Of a DNA stretch of 64,000 bases, positions 1 through 11,181 are shown in pieces. The stretch comes from Macrostomum hystrix (Eukaryota; Animalia; Platyhelminthes). Under the pieces are notes generated by a model. That model did no database searches. It was not told the origin of the DNA and saw nothing but the letters and a program-made list of their open reading frames with translations. The stretch is from NCBI GenBank assembly GCA_950097015.1, contig CATNEN010000041.1, positions 2,480,001 through 2,544,000 of the forward strand. The letters run 5' to 3'. The position numbers were made by a program, and so were the translations under genes. The number at the start of each line of letters is the position of its first letter. Position 1 is the first letter of the stretch.

Positions 1-14
1 GCAGCAAAACTTAC

Positions 15-3000
15 TCAAGATCGTCCTTCACGGTGCCCCAGTTGTGGGCGCCGGCGCCCTCGCGCTTGTCGACAGGCTTCACTCCAGTGGTGGCCGAGCC
101 CGAGTGCCGCTCGTATTCGCGACCTCGTCCGCGCTGGGCACCGCCAGCTCCGCTGAAGCCGCCACGGCTTCCACGACCTCCACGACTGAAGCCACCACGG
201 CCGCGACCGCGCGACCTGGCCTCGTCACCGCCAACCGGAGCTCCGGCCTCATCGTCACCGGCAACCTCGCCCTCGCCACCAGCCTCGGCGTCACGGTTGG
301 CACTAAAGCCACCGAAGCCGCCGCGGCCACGACCGCGGCCAAAACCACCGCCCTGCTGAGCAGCCGGACGGTCTTCGCCCGCGGCAGCCTCCTCACCACC
401 GGCCGAATCGGCACGCGGCCCACCAAAACTGCCACCTCGACCGCGGCCACCGAAGCCTCCGCGACCCTCACCAAATCCGCCGCGACCCTCACCGAATCCG
501 CCGCGTCCCTCACCAAATCCGCCACGTCCGCGTCCGCGACCTTCGCCGCCGCCGCGACCACGGCCACGACCGCCAAATCCGCCGCGTCCGCCTTCGCCAG
601 CCTCTCCTGCCGGGGCGTCGTCTCGGCCGGTTGATGGCCGTGAGCCGAAACCACCTCGCTGCTGTCCGGCGCCACCGCGCCCAAAGCCACGGGCTGGTCT
701 GTCCTGACCGCCGGTCTCTCCGGTAGCTGGTTCATTGAATCGAGGAATGGCGCTTCGACCTGGGCCAGCGGAGAAAAAATACTTGTTATTTAGGTACTGA
801 GCACTGGATTGAAGAAAGGCTATAAACATTTCATTTCTTTCTATTTTTATGGTCTTTTACGTGTTTTCCCCCCTAATTTCCGTAACTCCAGCATCGCCAA
901 CACTTTTAGATTTTCACAAGCAGGTTGTTAGTGCTATTACCTATAAAGTTTTCTTGTAGTAGAAAAATAAATCAATATACAAAAATAGCTTTTAGCCCAG
1001 CTTTTAGACTTCTTTAGACTAAGGTAAGGAATTTATATAGTAGTAAGAAAGTGTCCCAGATATTAAAAAATCTAATTATATCAGTTAATGAAGCTATAAA
1101 CTTGCTACTATCAGTAGAAGTGCAGAAAGCCAAGGTAGAAATTTAGGCAGGTAGCTAGCCCCCAGTTCTAAAGAGTATAGAGCTATATAGGCCTTTAAAA
1201 TGATTGTCATTTGCTATACATCCAGCCCAACTAGCTAAGCATTAACAGACTATTTATCAGTATATAGAATTTTTATTTCTTGCATACAGTGCCCACTGCA
1301 GTGAATTTTGACTGATCTAACTGTAGTCATATCAATAACCAAAGAAGTATGGTCAGTAGCTCAGTTAAAGTATAAAGTTGCAAAGGGAGGGGGAATAAAA
1401 ATTTAAAGTTGATAACCAAGCCTGTAAATTTTTGTACAAAGCTAGAGGGCAACAGTTGGTTGGGTGATTCTAATAATGTTTATTAATAGTTCAGCCAGAT
1501 TTTTGCAGGGATTGAATAATATAATGTGGTAGCTAGTGCTTATGACAAAAAAAACTAGAGTTACTGAGCTAACATTTTAACAAACTTAGACTATTAGCAA
1601 TATGGGTTTCTAGTATACATCGTGTCTAGTAGGTCTGATTGACAATTTTTTAAATTCCTAATTGCCTTATTTGGTTGAGGGTTGGTATGAAAACAAATAT
1701 TAAACTACACTATGTTGCTGGTCTCAAGCTCAACTAACCCTTAACTTTTGTTGAACCCACAAAAATGTATAGATATATATATTTAAATACACAAAAGTTT
1801 GATTGGACGAACAAAGTTAATGTAATATGATAAGGTAAACTTATTAACTGAGTAAAATGCAAAATACAAAAGTGAACAAGCTTTTCTTTTTTTCTTTCAA
1901 TTCTCTGAGTAAAACATATCAATAATATTATACCAAAATTATTTAACAGAATCTAGTTTTTTAAATAATCAGTTTTCAGGCTTGTATTTAGTAACAGATT
2001 TACAAACCAAGCAAGTTTGTGAAAAACAAGTTTTGGCAATGTGGGGGTGGACTTATTTTGTCTCTGAAGTCTTCTTGAATCTGGACTATGGAGAGTTCAG
2101 CATTAGGAGTTGAGGGAGTAAAGATGGATAAAAATGGATTTCTGAAATTAAAATAATTTTTTTTTACAAATTACAATATTGTACACCTTAAATATGAACT
2201 TCCACATCAGCTTTAGATTAATATAAATTTAAATTTGACAAAAGTGAACTGATGCTGAAAAAATAGAATTTGCATTTTTGTAAGATTTGGACTGAAGTTT
2301 GAATTATTTGGCTGAACTATTGTACTATGTGCATCATACATGCGCAACCTCTTAGCTGGCCAAATCTTAGCTGGCCGTGCGACTTAGTTTTTGCTCTCAT
2401 TTGCTCTTTTTCTCTCCATGTTTTCCTTTTCTTCACGCCTTCCTTTTTTGTCCCTTGGTCCCCCCTTTGATTTTTTTGCGCTTGGTTGATTGGTTTTTGC
2501 TACTTACCATGCTTGGCCCTTGTTTCACCCGGCCGGGTATTGAGCATGTATGATGCGCATATTTGATTAAATATTTAAACAAATTGACAATGAAATAAAT
2601 CCTCAGCTAAATCCTAGATCATGGTCTGGATTTCTTCTTTGGTATAGTGTTTAATGGAAACCAACTTGTAAAACACAAAATACATGTATGGGTTCCCAGA
2701 CAGACATTTTTCACTTTAAGCGAAAATCAAAACAAAAACACGAACTCTTGAACCCGAGTGTTTGTCCGACTCTGACACCAGCTATGCTTTAAAAAATGTG
2801 TGGGACAAATAGTTTCGTCAATGATTTGCTACTGAAGAAACTTTTAAAGTGTGTTCTGATGGCTTTTTCAGATGTGTCTTATGATCCTATTTCTGCCTCA
2901 CCTAAAGGCATGGGTCAATTATTTCACTTTTCAGATATTCTCAGTTAAAGTGTGCTTTTTTTCTGCTTCTTTGCTACTTTTGACATGGCACAGATGCTAA

Positions 3001-5476
3001 ACAGAAGCTTTGTGATTCAAGAAGTCAAAATGCATTTTTTAGAGTTTGGAGTTCATTGAAAAAAAATTTGGCAAAACATAGAAAAGATACTTTACAAATT
3101 GGTACTTGAACATGTCTTTGACTAAGGTAGCATGGGACACAGTACTCATTTGTTTAATGTCAATGGTATACAATGAAAGCTGCAAAGAAGCAGAGAAAGC
3201 ACACTTTAAACAAGAATATCTGAAAAAGAACTTGACTAATTAGTGTGTCTAAGGTGTCATTGTGTAGCAGGGACATGCGTCAAACAGTTGTAGCAGTATC
3301 TGGTGAAATAATTGACCGATGCCTTTAGGTGAGGCAGAAATAGGATCATAAGACACATCCAAAAAAGCCATCAGAACACACTTTAAAAGTTTCAGTCAGA
3401 AAATGTCTATCGGGGAACCTATACATATTAAATACATTTTAAAATTTTATGTATTTTTCAACTATCTTTAATGCTTTCTGGTTGTAAAAAGTGTCTTTTT
3501 ATGGAAGTGCTTATTCCTACAGTCCTATGCCAATAATTTCAATTTTATCCACACGGATCTGTGCTGATAATTTTGTTTATCCACATGGCAGCTTGTTTGA
3601 ATAGGTCTACTTTCAAGTCCCTACCTATTCTTCTCTGAGCATAAGGCTTTTGCTTCAGAGTATAGTTTATAGTGTACACTATCAATGCATAGTGTAAAAT
3701 AATAACAATGATGTATAATATGTGTGACGAGTTTGGTGCTAAATAGAATTCTGCTGGTTGACTCGTATGATTTTCTTTTATAGACTTCTTACTTTTAAAG
3801 TCAATACAATTTAAATGAAAACATGTAACGATGACAAAAGATTTAGTAAGTTGCTATTAAAATAATTAAAAAGAATGACATTAATGTCAGTTAATGAATG
3901 TGTAGGTTGAAATGTAGAACACTGTCGTAACACACTGGCAACTTTGTCAATCTATTGGCTCAAGGGTTCAACAAAACGTTTAAACCCAAAAGGGCCTCGT
4001 TTCAAAGAACAGAACCGTGTGGATAAATTTGAAATTAATGGCACGGCATATTTATATAATAAAGAGTTTTAGACCTATTCATACAAGCTGCTGTGTGGAT
4101 AAGCAGAAAATTATAGGCACGGATCCATGTGGATAAAATTGAAATTATTGGCACGGGACCATGGGAATAAGCTCTGCCATTTTATATATTTGGTATACCT
4201 TATTTAAACTAATTTGTCAATTTTTTTGTTTCTTTTGTTCTAATTACATATAACTTTTCATGAATTGTGTATTCAAATTTTAGCATTTAAATAATTTTTT
4301 GGAAGTTCTAACCCAGCTCAAATGGCTTTTTGCATTATATCCTTTTAGTTTTTACTATCTGTCCTTGTGTCTTTGCCTAAAAAAAATTATTGCTCTAGAG
4401 TATTTACAGATATAGTTATAGGAAAGTAGAGGGCAGTAAAAACTATAGTATTTGGGTTATGGATTATTGTTATGGTTGACAGGGGCATTTATAGAAGGAC
4501 TATACTTCGGATTATACCAAGAAGGACACATTTAATGAATTTTCCTGTAACATTTAATTAAAATTTCTCAATACTAACTGATGAATCAGTCATTTTTCTT
4601 GCAAAAAAATCTAAACTATAATATTTTAAAAAGCAAATCTCAAAATTATTTTTTCTGGCATACTTAAAATAATTAAATATAAGTTACTGGTAGTTTGTTT
4701 AAATTTAAAATTAAATGTTCACGTTTAAAAAAAACTAGTTTGATTTGTTTATTTTTTTCCTTTGGCCATTTAACAAAGATGACATTTTTATGCATTGACA
4801 ATTACCAATGTGAGAATGTCCCTTATCTATCTAATATTTATTTAATAAACATGGGAAACAGAAAGACATAGATAAGGATGGAAATACTAGGTTTCAGTTT
4901 TGGTGAAATATTTAAGTGATTAATTCTAGAACTACTTAGCAGTGAGCAGTGAAATTATGTAGTGTTAATTAGCCCAAAAAATCTTATTTGCAACTAGAAA
5001 AAGCAAGTAGCTAGCAAATATAGCTCAGAAAAAAGTTTACAAACAAAAAAATTAAACCTTATTAGGCAGCAACTTGCACAAGCTGCACTGCTTCAGTTTA
5101 AATTTTCAAAGTATATAAATAGCTATTTTGCTTTAAGATATTACTAATAATATAAAAAATTTACAAAGCACGAAAACTTATTTTAGCTATGGCTACAATT
5201 TTGCTTACCATCTTGTTGCCCTGCCCTTTCTCGCCGAGGTTTTTTGGCACCAGATTGATCACCCGTGGCCGAATCTGGCTTGGCAGCTTGCTTAGCATCC
5301 TCAGGCTTTGCAGATAAAGGGGTCTTTTCAGATTTAGATTTTTTCTTCTGCTTTGCCTTGTCGCCTTTCTCCTCCATTGCGGCCTTAAGCAGTTCATCAG
5401 GATCCTCTACATCGTCCAGCAGGAAATCAAACTTGTTCCCCGTGACTACTGTAAAGCTGCTTTCTACTTCTGTCAT
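15..5476 (-). CDS. SERBP1: SERBP1/HABP4/Vig-family RGG RNA- and ribosome-binding protein; 5' part only, gene continues past the left edge
   Basis: Exon 5476-5209 ([22 protein letters not shown]..., donor GTAAGC, phase 1) splices in frame to exon 759-15 (acceptor CCCAG, donor GTAAGT). The second exon is RGG/FGG-rich and ends in [38 protein letters not shown], matching the HABP4_PAI-RBP1 signature (REFDRHSG...GSHNWG). Confidence 0.92.
2335..2552. mobile_element. hAT-type MITE, copy 1 (218 bp)
   Basis: TIRs CATACATGC...GCATGTATG; flanking 8-mers ATGTGCAT / ATGCGCAT (1 mismatch); reverse-complement homolog of 14002-14234. Confidence 0.85.
2684..3426. mobile_element. Foldback / non-autonomous DNA transposon with long inverted repeats
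   Basis: About 2837-2920 is the reverse complement of about 3310-3390; about 2931-2990 mirrors about 3172-3228; termini tgtatgggttccc / gggaacctataca. Confidence 0.7.
3501..4180. mobile_element. Second foldback/MITE-like element with ~110-bp inverted arms
   Basis: 3501-3610 (...ccaataatttcaattttatccacacggatc...gaataggtcta) is the reverse complement of about 4070-4180 (tagacctattc...tggataaaattgaaattattgg...ggaataag). Confidence 0.65.
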
Positions 5477-7952
5477 TTTCTGCGTGCCAGTTTTTTAGTT
5501 CAAACACATTTTTAATCCAAAGCTCTTGATTGTGATTAGTTTTTGTAAAAAGCGTGAAAAAGAACGTGTTGTTTTCAAATCGGCGCAGAAGTAAACAATT
5601 AAAACACACAAAACACATGAGATGATTCATGTAAGCTTTATTATTATTTTTTAATTGTACAACTGAAAATATATACTTAAGTTTTTCTAGTGATAATTTT
5701 TTAGTTTGGCGTTTAAAGGGTTTAATTTTTCCGCAACTTGTTGACCTAAGTGCATTGCAATTATGTGTGTCATTGTATATGCAAGGACCACTAGAAGTAG
5801 GACAGGAGACTTCGTTTCTTCGAGATAAATAGACGAAAATAAAATGAAGATAAATTATTAATGAATAAGGCTTACTAAAATTCGTTAAAGCAACAAGTTG
5901 TGCAAGATATACCAAACCATTGATATCTTTGGAGATTGGAGATCACCATTGGATCTGCTTCGTATAAAATGTTGTCAACATTTTCAATGGGAAAAGTGAC
6001 AATTTCCTACCTCGCTAGTGCATTCTTACGGAAAATCTACCTCTCATAAATTTTCGAAAAAATGAAGTGTTCTGTCATTCTTCATTTAGACGTCCTTGAA
6101 TATAGGCTGATATTATAAGTAGAAGGCATAAGCAAAGGAATCCTCTAGACTCCTCTGCTTCTAGTGGTTCTTGGTAGAAATTAGAGGAAATTTGCACTCA
6201 CGATCGGTACAAAACCAATTCCTTCCGGGCCAAATCAAGGACTACTCTAGTAACTCGTAACTGCTATAGTTACTAGATATTAAACTACTTAGTGCTCCTT
6301 TGGGCCATAATTCGCTGAGGATCTATTAAGGACCATTGAACAAAAAACAGTTTTCTCTTTTGTGTTCTCTTTTGTGATAGTATTTGGGCATTCGAGGATT
6401 TTGACCACAACCACGGATTTTTACAGAGTCTTATTGAACCTGCGCGTCAAAAAAATAATGCAAATTTGCATGGCTTTTTGAGGGTTGAGAACATTTTAAA
6501 GCCTCTAATATTTAGATAACTTATAATGTACATAAAATTTCATAGCTGCAATAAAGAACTGTGATGGAAATCCAAGGAATTCTTTTGGACACCCCTCGTA
6601 TCAGAACTCACTTTAATCGCCTTACCGCGGTAGGACTGCCAAGCCATTTTGCCGCCCGTTAATTTTTATATCAAGAGCCCGTCTGGGCAAAGGTCGGTGA
6701 CCAGCGAAGTCGGAGATGCAGGCACAATATAGGGTTGACGTGCTCATAAAGTAATTGAAGGCGTGACAAGGCCGCACTGAGGCACAGTGCAAATTCGTGT
6801 ATATGAAGTGTGCATGAAATACGCTGGTTTTTATGGGGAAAATCTGACCTTCGGCCAGAATCTTTGAATACCTCGCCGATCTGAAGGGCTGGCAACTTGA
6901 TTATTGTTTCAGAAGACGCGCAACAAAAAGTTAGTCTGTGTAATTCTTGAGTTTCGTTGCTCCATTGAAACATTCTTTATAAAATGCATGCGTGATCACG
7001 CTAGCCATCGTCTCTTGTCAACTGAAGCTGCCACCATTTGCCGTGACGATGCCGCGGTCATTTACCAGTCAATGCAGTAGATCTGATGCAGTACCCCTTG
7101 TATGGGCAGTCAATTGGAATTAATGCATGATTGCTGCTACAAGTTGAGCAATATCGGCCTCTGCAGAACCTGATGCCAATCTGCCCAAGCGCGCTAGGAC
7201 GCAGGTGGCGCAACTATGGAATGGCCGCACCGTGTCAAGCTGCCGGCTTTCGGCGCTCCGAGGAACAGGTGGATACCATGCAACACTTGCACACGCTTGG
7301 TAATGCAATTCCACTTAATGAAGCCTGTAGTTTTGTGGCATTAAAGTTTGGAATTAAGCAATCCCTATTTCTAACTTAACTAGGAAGAATAAAAAAAGAT
7401 AATTGAGAACACTCGTTAGGAGTGAGTGCTCAAAGAGCTCACAAAGCCTATCAATGCTTTGAGTCCTTCTATCATTGCAAAAAGGAAATAAAAAGTGCCA
7501 ATTTTTAGAAGCTGACAAACGAACTGCACAGCGGGGTGCACTCTCAGGTTAGAAAACTTGTCAATTTAAAAAACTTGTCATGTTTAAAGTTCCAGAAACT
7601 TCTTCGAGCTATTTGCACAGCAGCTTCATGCCGACTTCAGCGGGTCGAAAAAAGCAGATGCGCAAATAAAAGGGTTTCTAGATTGGAAGAGTAACAAATT
7701 GAGGAAAACACAAATGTGGGGCAAGAAGATTTAGCAACAATTCTTTTAATTGCTAAGTTAGTGAGCAAGCAAATATGTTCTTGACATCAATCCAGGCTTG
7801 TAAAATCAGCAAGCGAAGCACTTCATAGTTGACACGCGACAGGTGCGACAGCGGCCACACGCTGAGAGAAAAGGCAAAAATTCAGCATAAATTAAGGGCG
7901 AAAAATCCAGTCGTCCTTCAAGTCGGTGAAGTCACCTTTGAGAAGCTCAAAC

Positions 7953-10900
7953 ATGAAGTTCATTCTGCTGGCTGCATGCGCAGCGGTGTTCTGCACCCTC
8001 GCGGTAAGTCCTCAGTATATCATTTTAGGCTTTCGCATATCAGCTTAGAGACCTATCAATCGGAAAAAACGCGAAATTTGAATTTTAGCTATCAGCACCT
8101 CCACCGAATGCTGCAAACAAGCTGACGAAGCCGTCCGGACCGGCTCCAGCTAAGACTGCTGCACCAGCTGCGAATGCAAAGAGGCCGGCAAAGCCCACAG
8201 GACCCTGCACAAAACCCACAAGAAGAGAAGATCGCGGTAGACGCGACGAAAGGCGTCGCGACTCGAGGCGTCAAGAAAGGCGTTCCGACAGACGTGCCCG
8301 CACAAGGCGCGATGTGAGAACGAGAAGAAGCAACCGTCGTCGTGCTAGACGCAACCGCAGACGCTCCAACAGACGCGCCAGACGTAACCGCAGACGCTCT
8401 GCTAGACGCAACCGCAAGAGCCGCGATGTGAGAAAGAGAAGGGTTAGGATTAGGCTAGAGATTAGGGTTAGACGTAACCGCAGACGCTCTGCTAGACGCA
8501 ACCGCAAGAGCCGCGATGTCAGAAAGAGAAGAAGCAACCGTCGTCGTGCTAGACGCAACCCCAGACGCTCCAACAGACGCGCCAGACGTAACCGCAGACG
8601 CTCTGCTAGACGCAACCGCAAGAGCCGCGATGTCAGAAAGAGAAGAAGCAACCGTCGTCGTGCTAGACGCAACCGCAGACGCTCCAACAGACGCGCCATA
8701 CGTAACCGCAGACGCTCTGCTAGACGCAACCGCAAGAGCCGCGATGTGAGAAAGAGAAGCAATCGTCGTATTGCTAGACGCAACCGCAGACGCTCCAACA
8801 GACGCGCCAGACGTAACCGCAGACGCTCTGCTAGACGCAACCGCAAGAGCCGCGATGTGAGAAAGAGAAGGGTTAGGATTAGGCTAGAGATTAGGGTTAG
8901 ACGTAACCGCAGACGCTCGGCCAGACGCAACCGCAAGAGCCGCGATGTCAGAAAGAGAAGAAGCAACCGTCGTCGTGCTAGACGCAACCGCAGACGCTCC
9001 AACAGACGCGCCAGACGTAACCGCAGACGCTCTGCTAGACGCAACCGCAAGAGCCGCGATGTCAGAAAGAGAAGAAGCAACCGTCGTCGTGCTAGACGCA
9101 ACCGCAGACGCTCCAACAGACGCGCCAGACGTAACCGCAGACGCTCTGCTAGACGCAACCGCAAGAGCCGCGATGTGAGAAAGAGAAGCAATCGTCGTAT
9201 TGCTAGACGCAACCGCAGACGCTCCAACAGACGCGCCAGACGTAACCGCAGACGCTCTGCTAGACGCAACCGCAAGAGCCGCGATGTCAGAAAGAGAAGA
9301 AGCAACCGTCGTCGTGCTAGACGCAACCGCAGACGCTCCAACAGACGCGCCAGACGTAACCGCAGACGCTCTGCTAGACGCAACCGCAAGAGCCGCGATG
9401 TGAGAAAGAGAAGGGTTAGGATTAGGCTAGAGATTAGGGTTAGACGTAACCGCAGACGCTCTGCTAGACGCAACCGCAAGAGCCGCGATGTCAGAAAGAG
9501 AAGAAGCAACCGTCGTCGTGCTAGACGCAACCGCAGACGCTCCAACAGACGCGCTAGACGTAACCGCAGACGCTCGGCCAGACGCAACCGCAAGAGCCGC
9601 GATGTCAGAAAGAGAAGAAGCAACCGTCGTCGTGCTAGACGCAACCGCAGACGCTCCAACAGACGCGCCAGACGTAACCGCAGACGCTCTGCTAGACGCA
9701 ACCGCAAGAGCCGCGATGTCAGAAAGAGAAGAAGCAACCGTCGTCGTGCTAGACGCAACCGCAGACGCTCCAACAGACGCGCCAGACGTAACCGCAGACG
9801 CTCTGCTAGACGCAACCGCAAGAGCCGCGATGTGAGAAAGAGAAGCAATCGTCGTATTGCTAGACGCAACCGCAGACGCTCCAACAGACGCGCCAGACGT
9901 AACCGCAGACGCTCTGCTAGACGCAACCGCAAGAGCCGCGATGTCAGAAAGAGAAGAAGCAACCGTCGTCGTGCTAGACGCAACCGCAGACGCTCCAACA
10001 GACGCGCCAGACGTAACCGCAGACGCTCTGCTAGACGCAACCGCAAGAGCCGCGATGTGAGAAAGAGAAGGGTTAGGATTAGGCTAGAGATTAGGGTTAG
10101 ACGTAACCGCAGACGCTCTGCTAGACGCAACCGCAAGAGCCGCGATGTCAGAAAGAGAAGAAGCAACCGTCGTCGTGCTAGACGCAACCGCAGACGCTCC
10201 AACAGACGCGCTAGACGTAACCGCAGACGCTCGGCCAGACGCAACCGCAAGAGCCGCGATGTCAGAAAGAGAAGAAGCAACCGTCGTCGTGCTAGACGCA
10301 ACCGCAGACGCTCCAACAGACGCGCTAGACGTAACCGCAGACGCTCGGCCAGACGCAACCGCAAGAGCCGCGATGTGAGAAAGAGAAGCAATCGTCGTCG
10401 TGCTAGACGCAACCGCAGACGCTCCAACAGACGCGCCAGACGTAACCGCAGACGCTCTGCTAGACGCAACCGCAAGAGCCGCGATGTGAGAAAGAGAAGA
10501 AGCAACCGTCGTCGTGCTAGACGCAACCGCAGACGCTCCAACAGACGCGCCAGACGTAACCGCAGACGCTCTGCTAGACGCAACCGCAAGAGCCGCGATG
10601 TGAGAAAGAGAAGGGTTAGGATTAGGCTAGAGATTAGGGTTAGACGTAACCGCAGACGCTCTGCTAGACGCAACCGCAAGAGCCGCGATGTCAGAAAGAG
10701 AAGAAGCAACCGTCGTCGTGCTAGACGCAACCGCAGACGCTCCAACAGACGCGCCAGACGTAACCGCAGACGCTCTGCTAGACGCAACCGCAAGAGCCGC
10801 GATGTGAGAAAGAGAAGAAGCAACCGTCGTCGTGCTAGACGCAACCGCAGACGCTCCAACAGACGCGCCAGACGTAACCGCAGACGCTCTGCTAGACGCA

Positions 10901-11181
10901 ACCGCAAGAGCCGCGATGTGAGAAAGAGAAGGGTTAAGATTAGGGTAGAGATTAGGGTTAGACGTAACCGCAGACGCTCTGCTAGACGCAACCGCAAGAG
11001 CCGCGATGTCAGAAAGAGAAGAAGCAACCGTCGTCGTGCTAGACGCAACCGCAGACGCTCCAACAGACGCTCCAGACGTAACCGCAGACGCTCGGCCAGA
11101 CGCAACCGCAAGAGCCGCGATGTCAGAAAGAGAAGAAGCAACCGTCGTCGTGCTAGACGCAACCGCACACGTTCCAACTGA
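7953..11181 (+). CDS. Secreted, extremely arginine-rich tandem-repeat protein (~1047 aa), orphan
   Basis: Exon 1 7953-8003 encodes MKFILLAACAAVFCTLA (signal-peptide-like), donor GTAAGT. 85-nt intron ends TTTTAG. Exon 2 8089-11181 is in frame (phase 0): LSAPPPNAANKLTKPSGPAPAK... then Arg-rich repeats to TGA; 8089 is in frame with track ORF 8314. Confidence 0.8.
8314..11170 (+). repeat. Coding tandem array of 114-, 111- and 90-nt units
   Basis: Unit A is RRSNRRRARRNRRRSNRRARRNRRRSARRNRKSRDVRK (114 nt); unit B is one codon shorter; unit C is RRVRIRLEIRVRRNRRRSARRNRKSRDVRK (90 nt). All unit lengths are multiples of 3. Confidence 0.95.

Noticed and set aside
33-735. Overlapping Pro-rich and Ala/Thr-rich ORFs in other frames
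   Set aside because: Shadow frames of the GC-rich SERBP1 exon.
6584-6601. GGACACCCCTCGTA, mariner-like TIR end; also CCCCTGGCTACGCCCCTG at about 53901
   Set aside because: No partner TIR or TSD was found, so no element could be delimited.
6671-7379. Short ORFs between SERBP1 and the Arg-rich gene
   Set aside because: No recognisable motifs, splice signals or codon bias.
8271-11177. 968-aa Leu/Arg-rich antisense ORF, and acidic MSEREEAT... ORFs in another + frame
   Set aside because: By-products of the repeat's codon usage. Only the Arg frame is joined to a spliced signal-peptide exon. The acidic frame is broken by TGA wherever Val is coded GTG.
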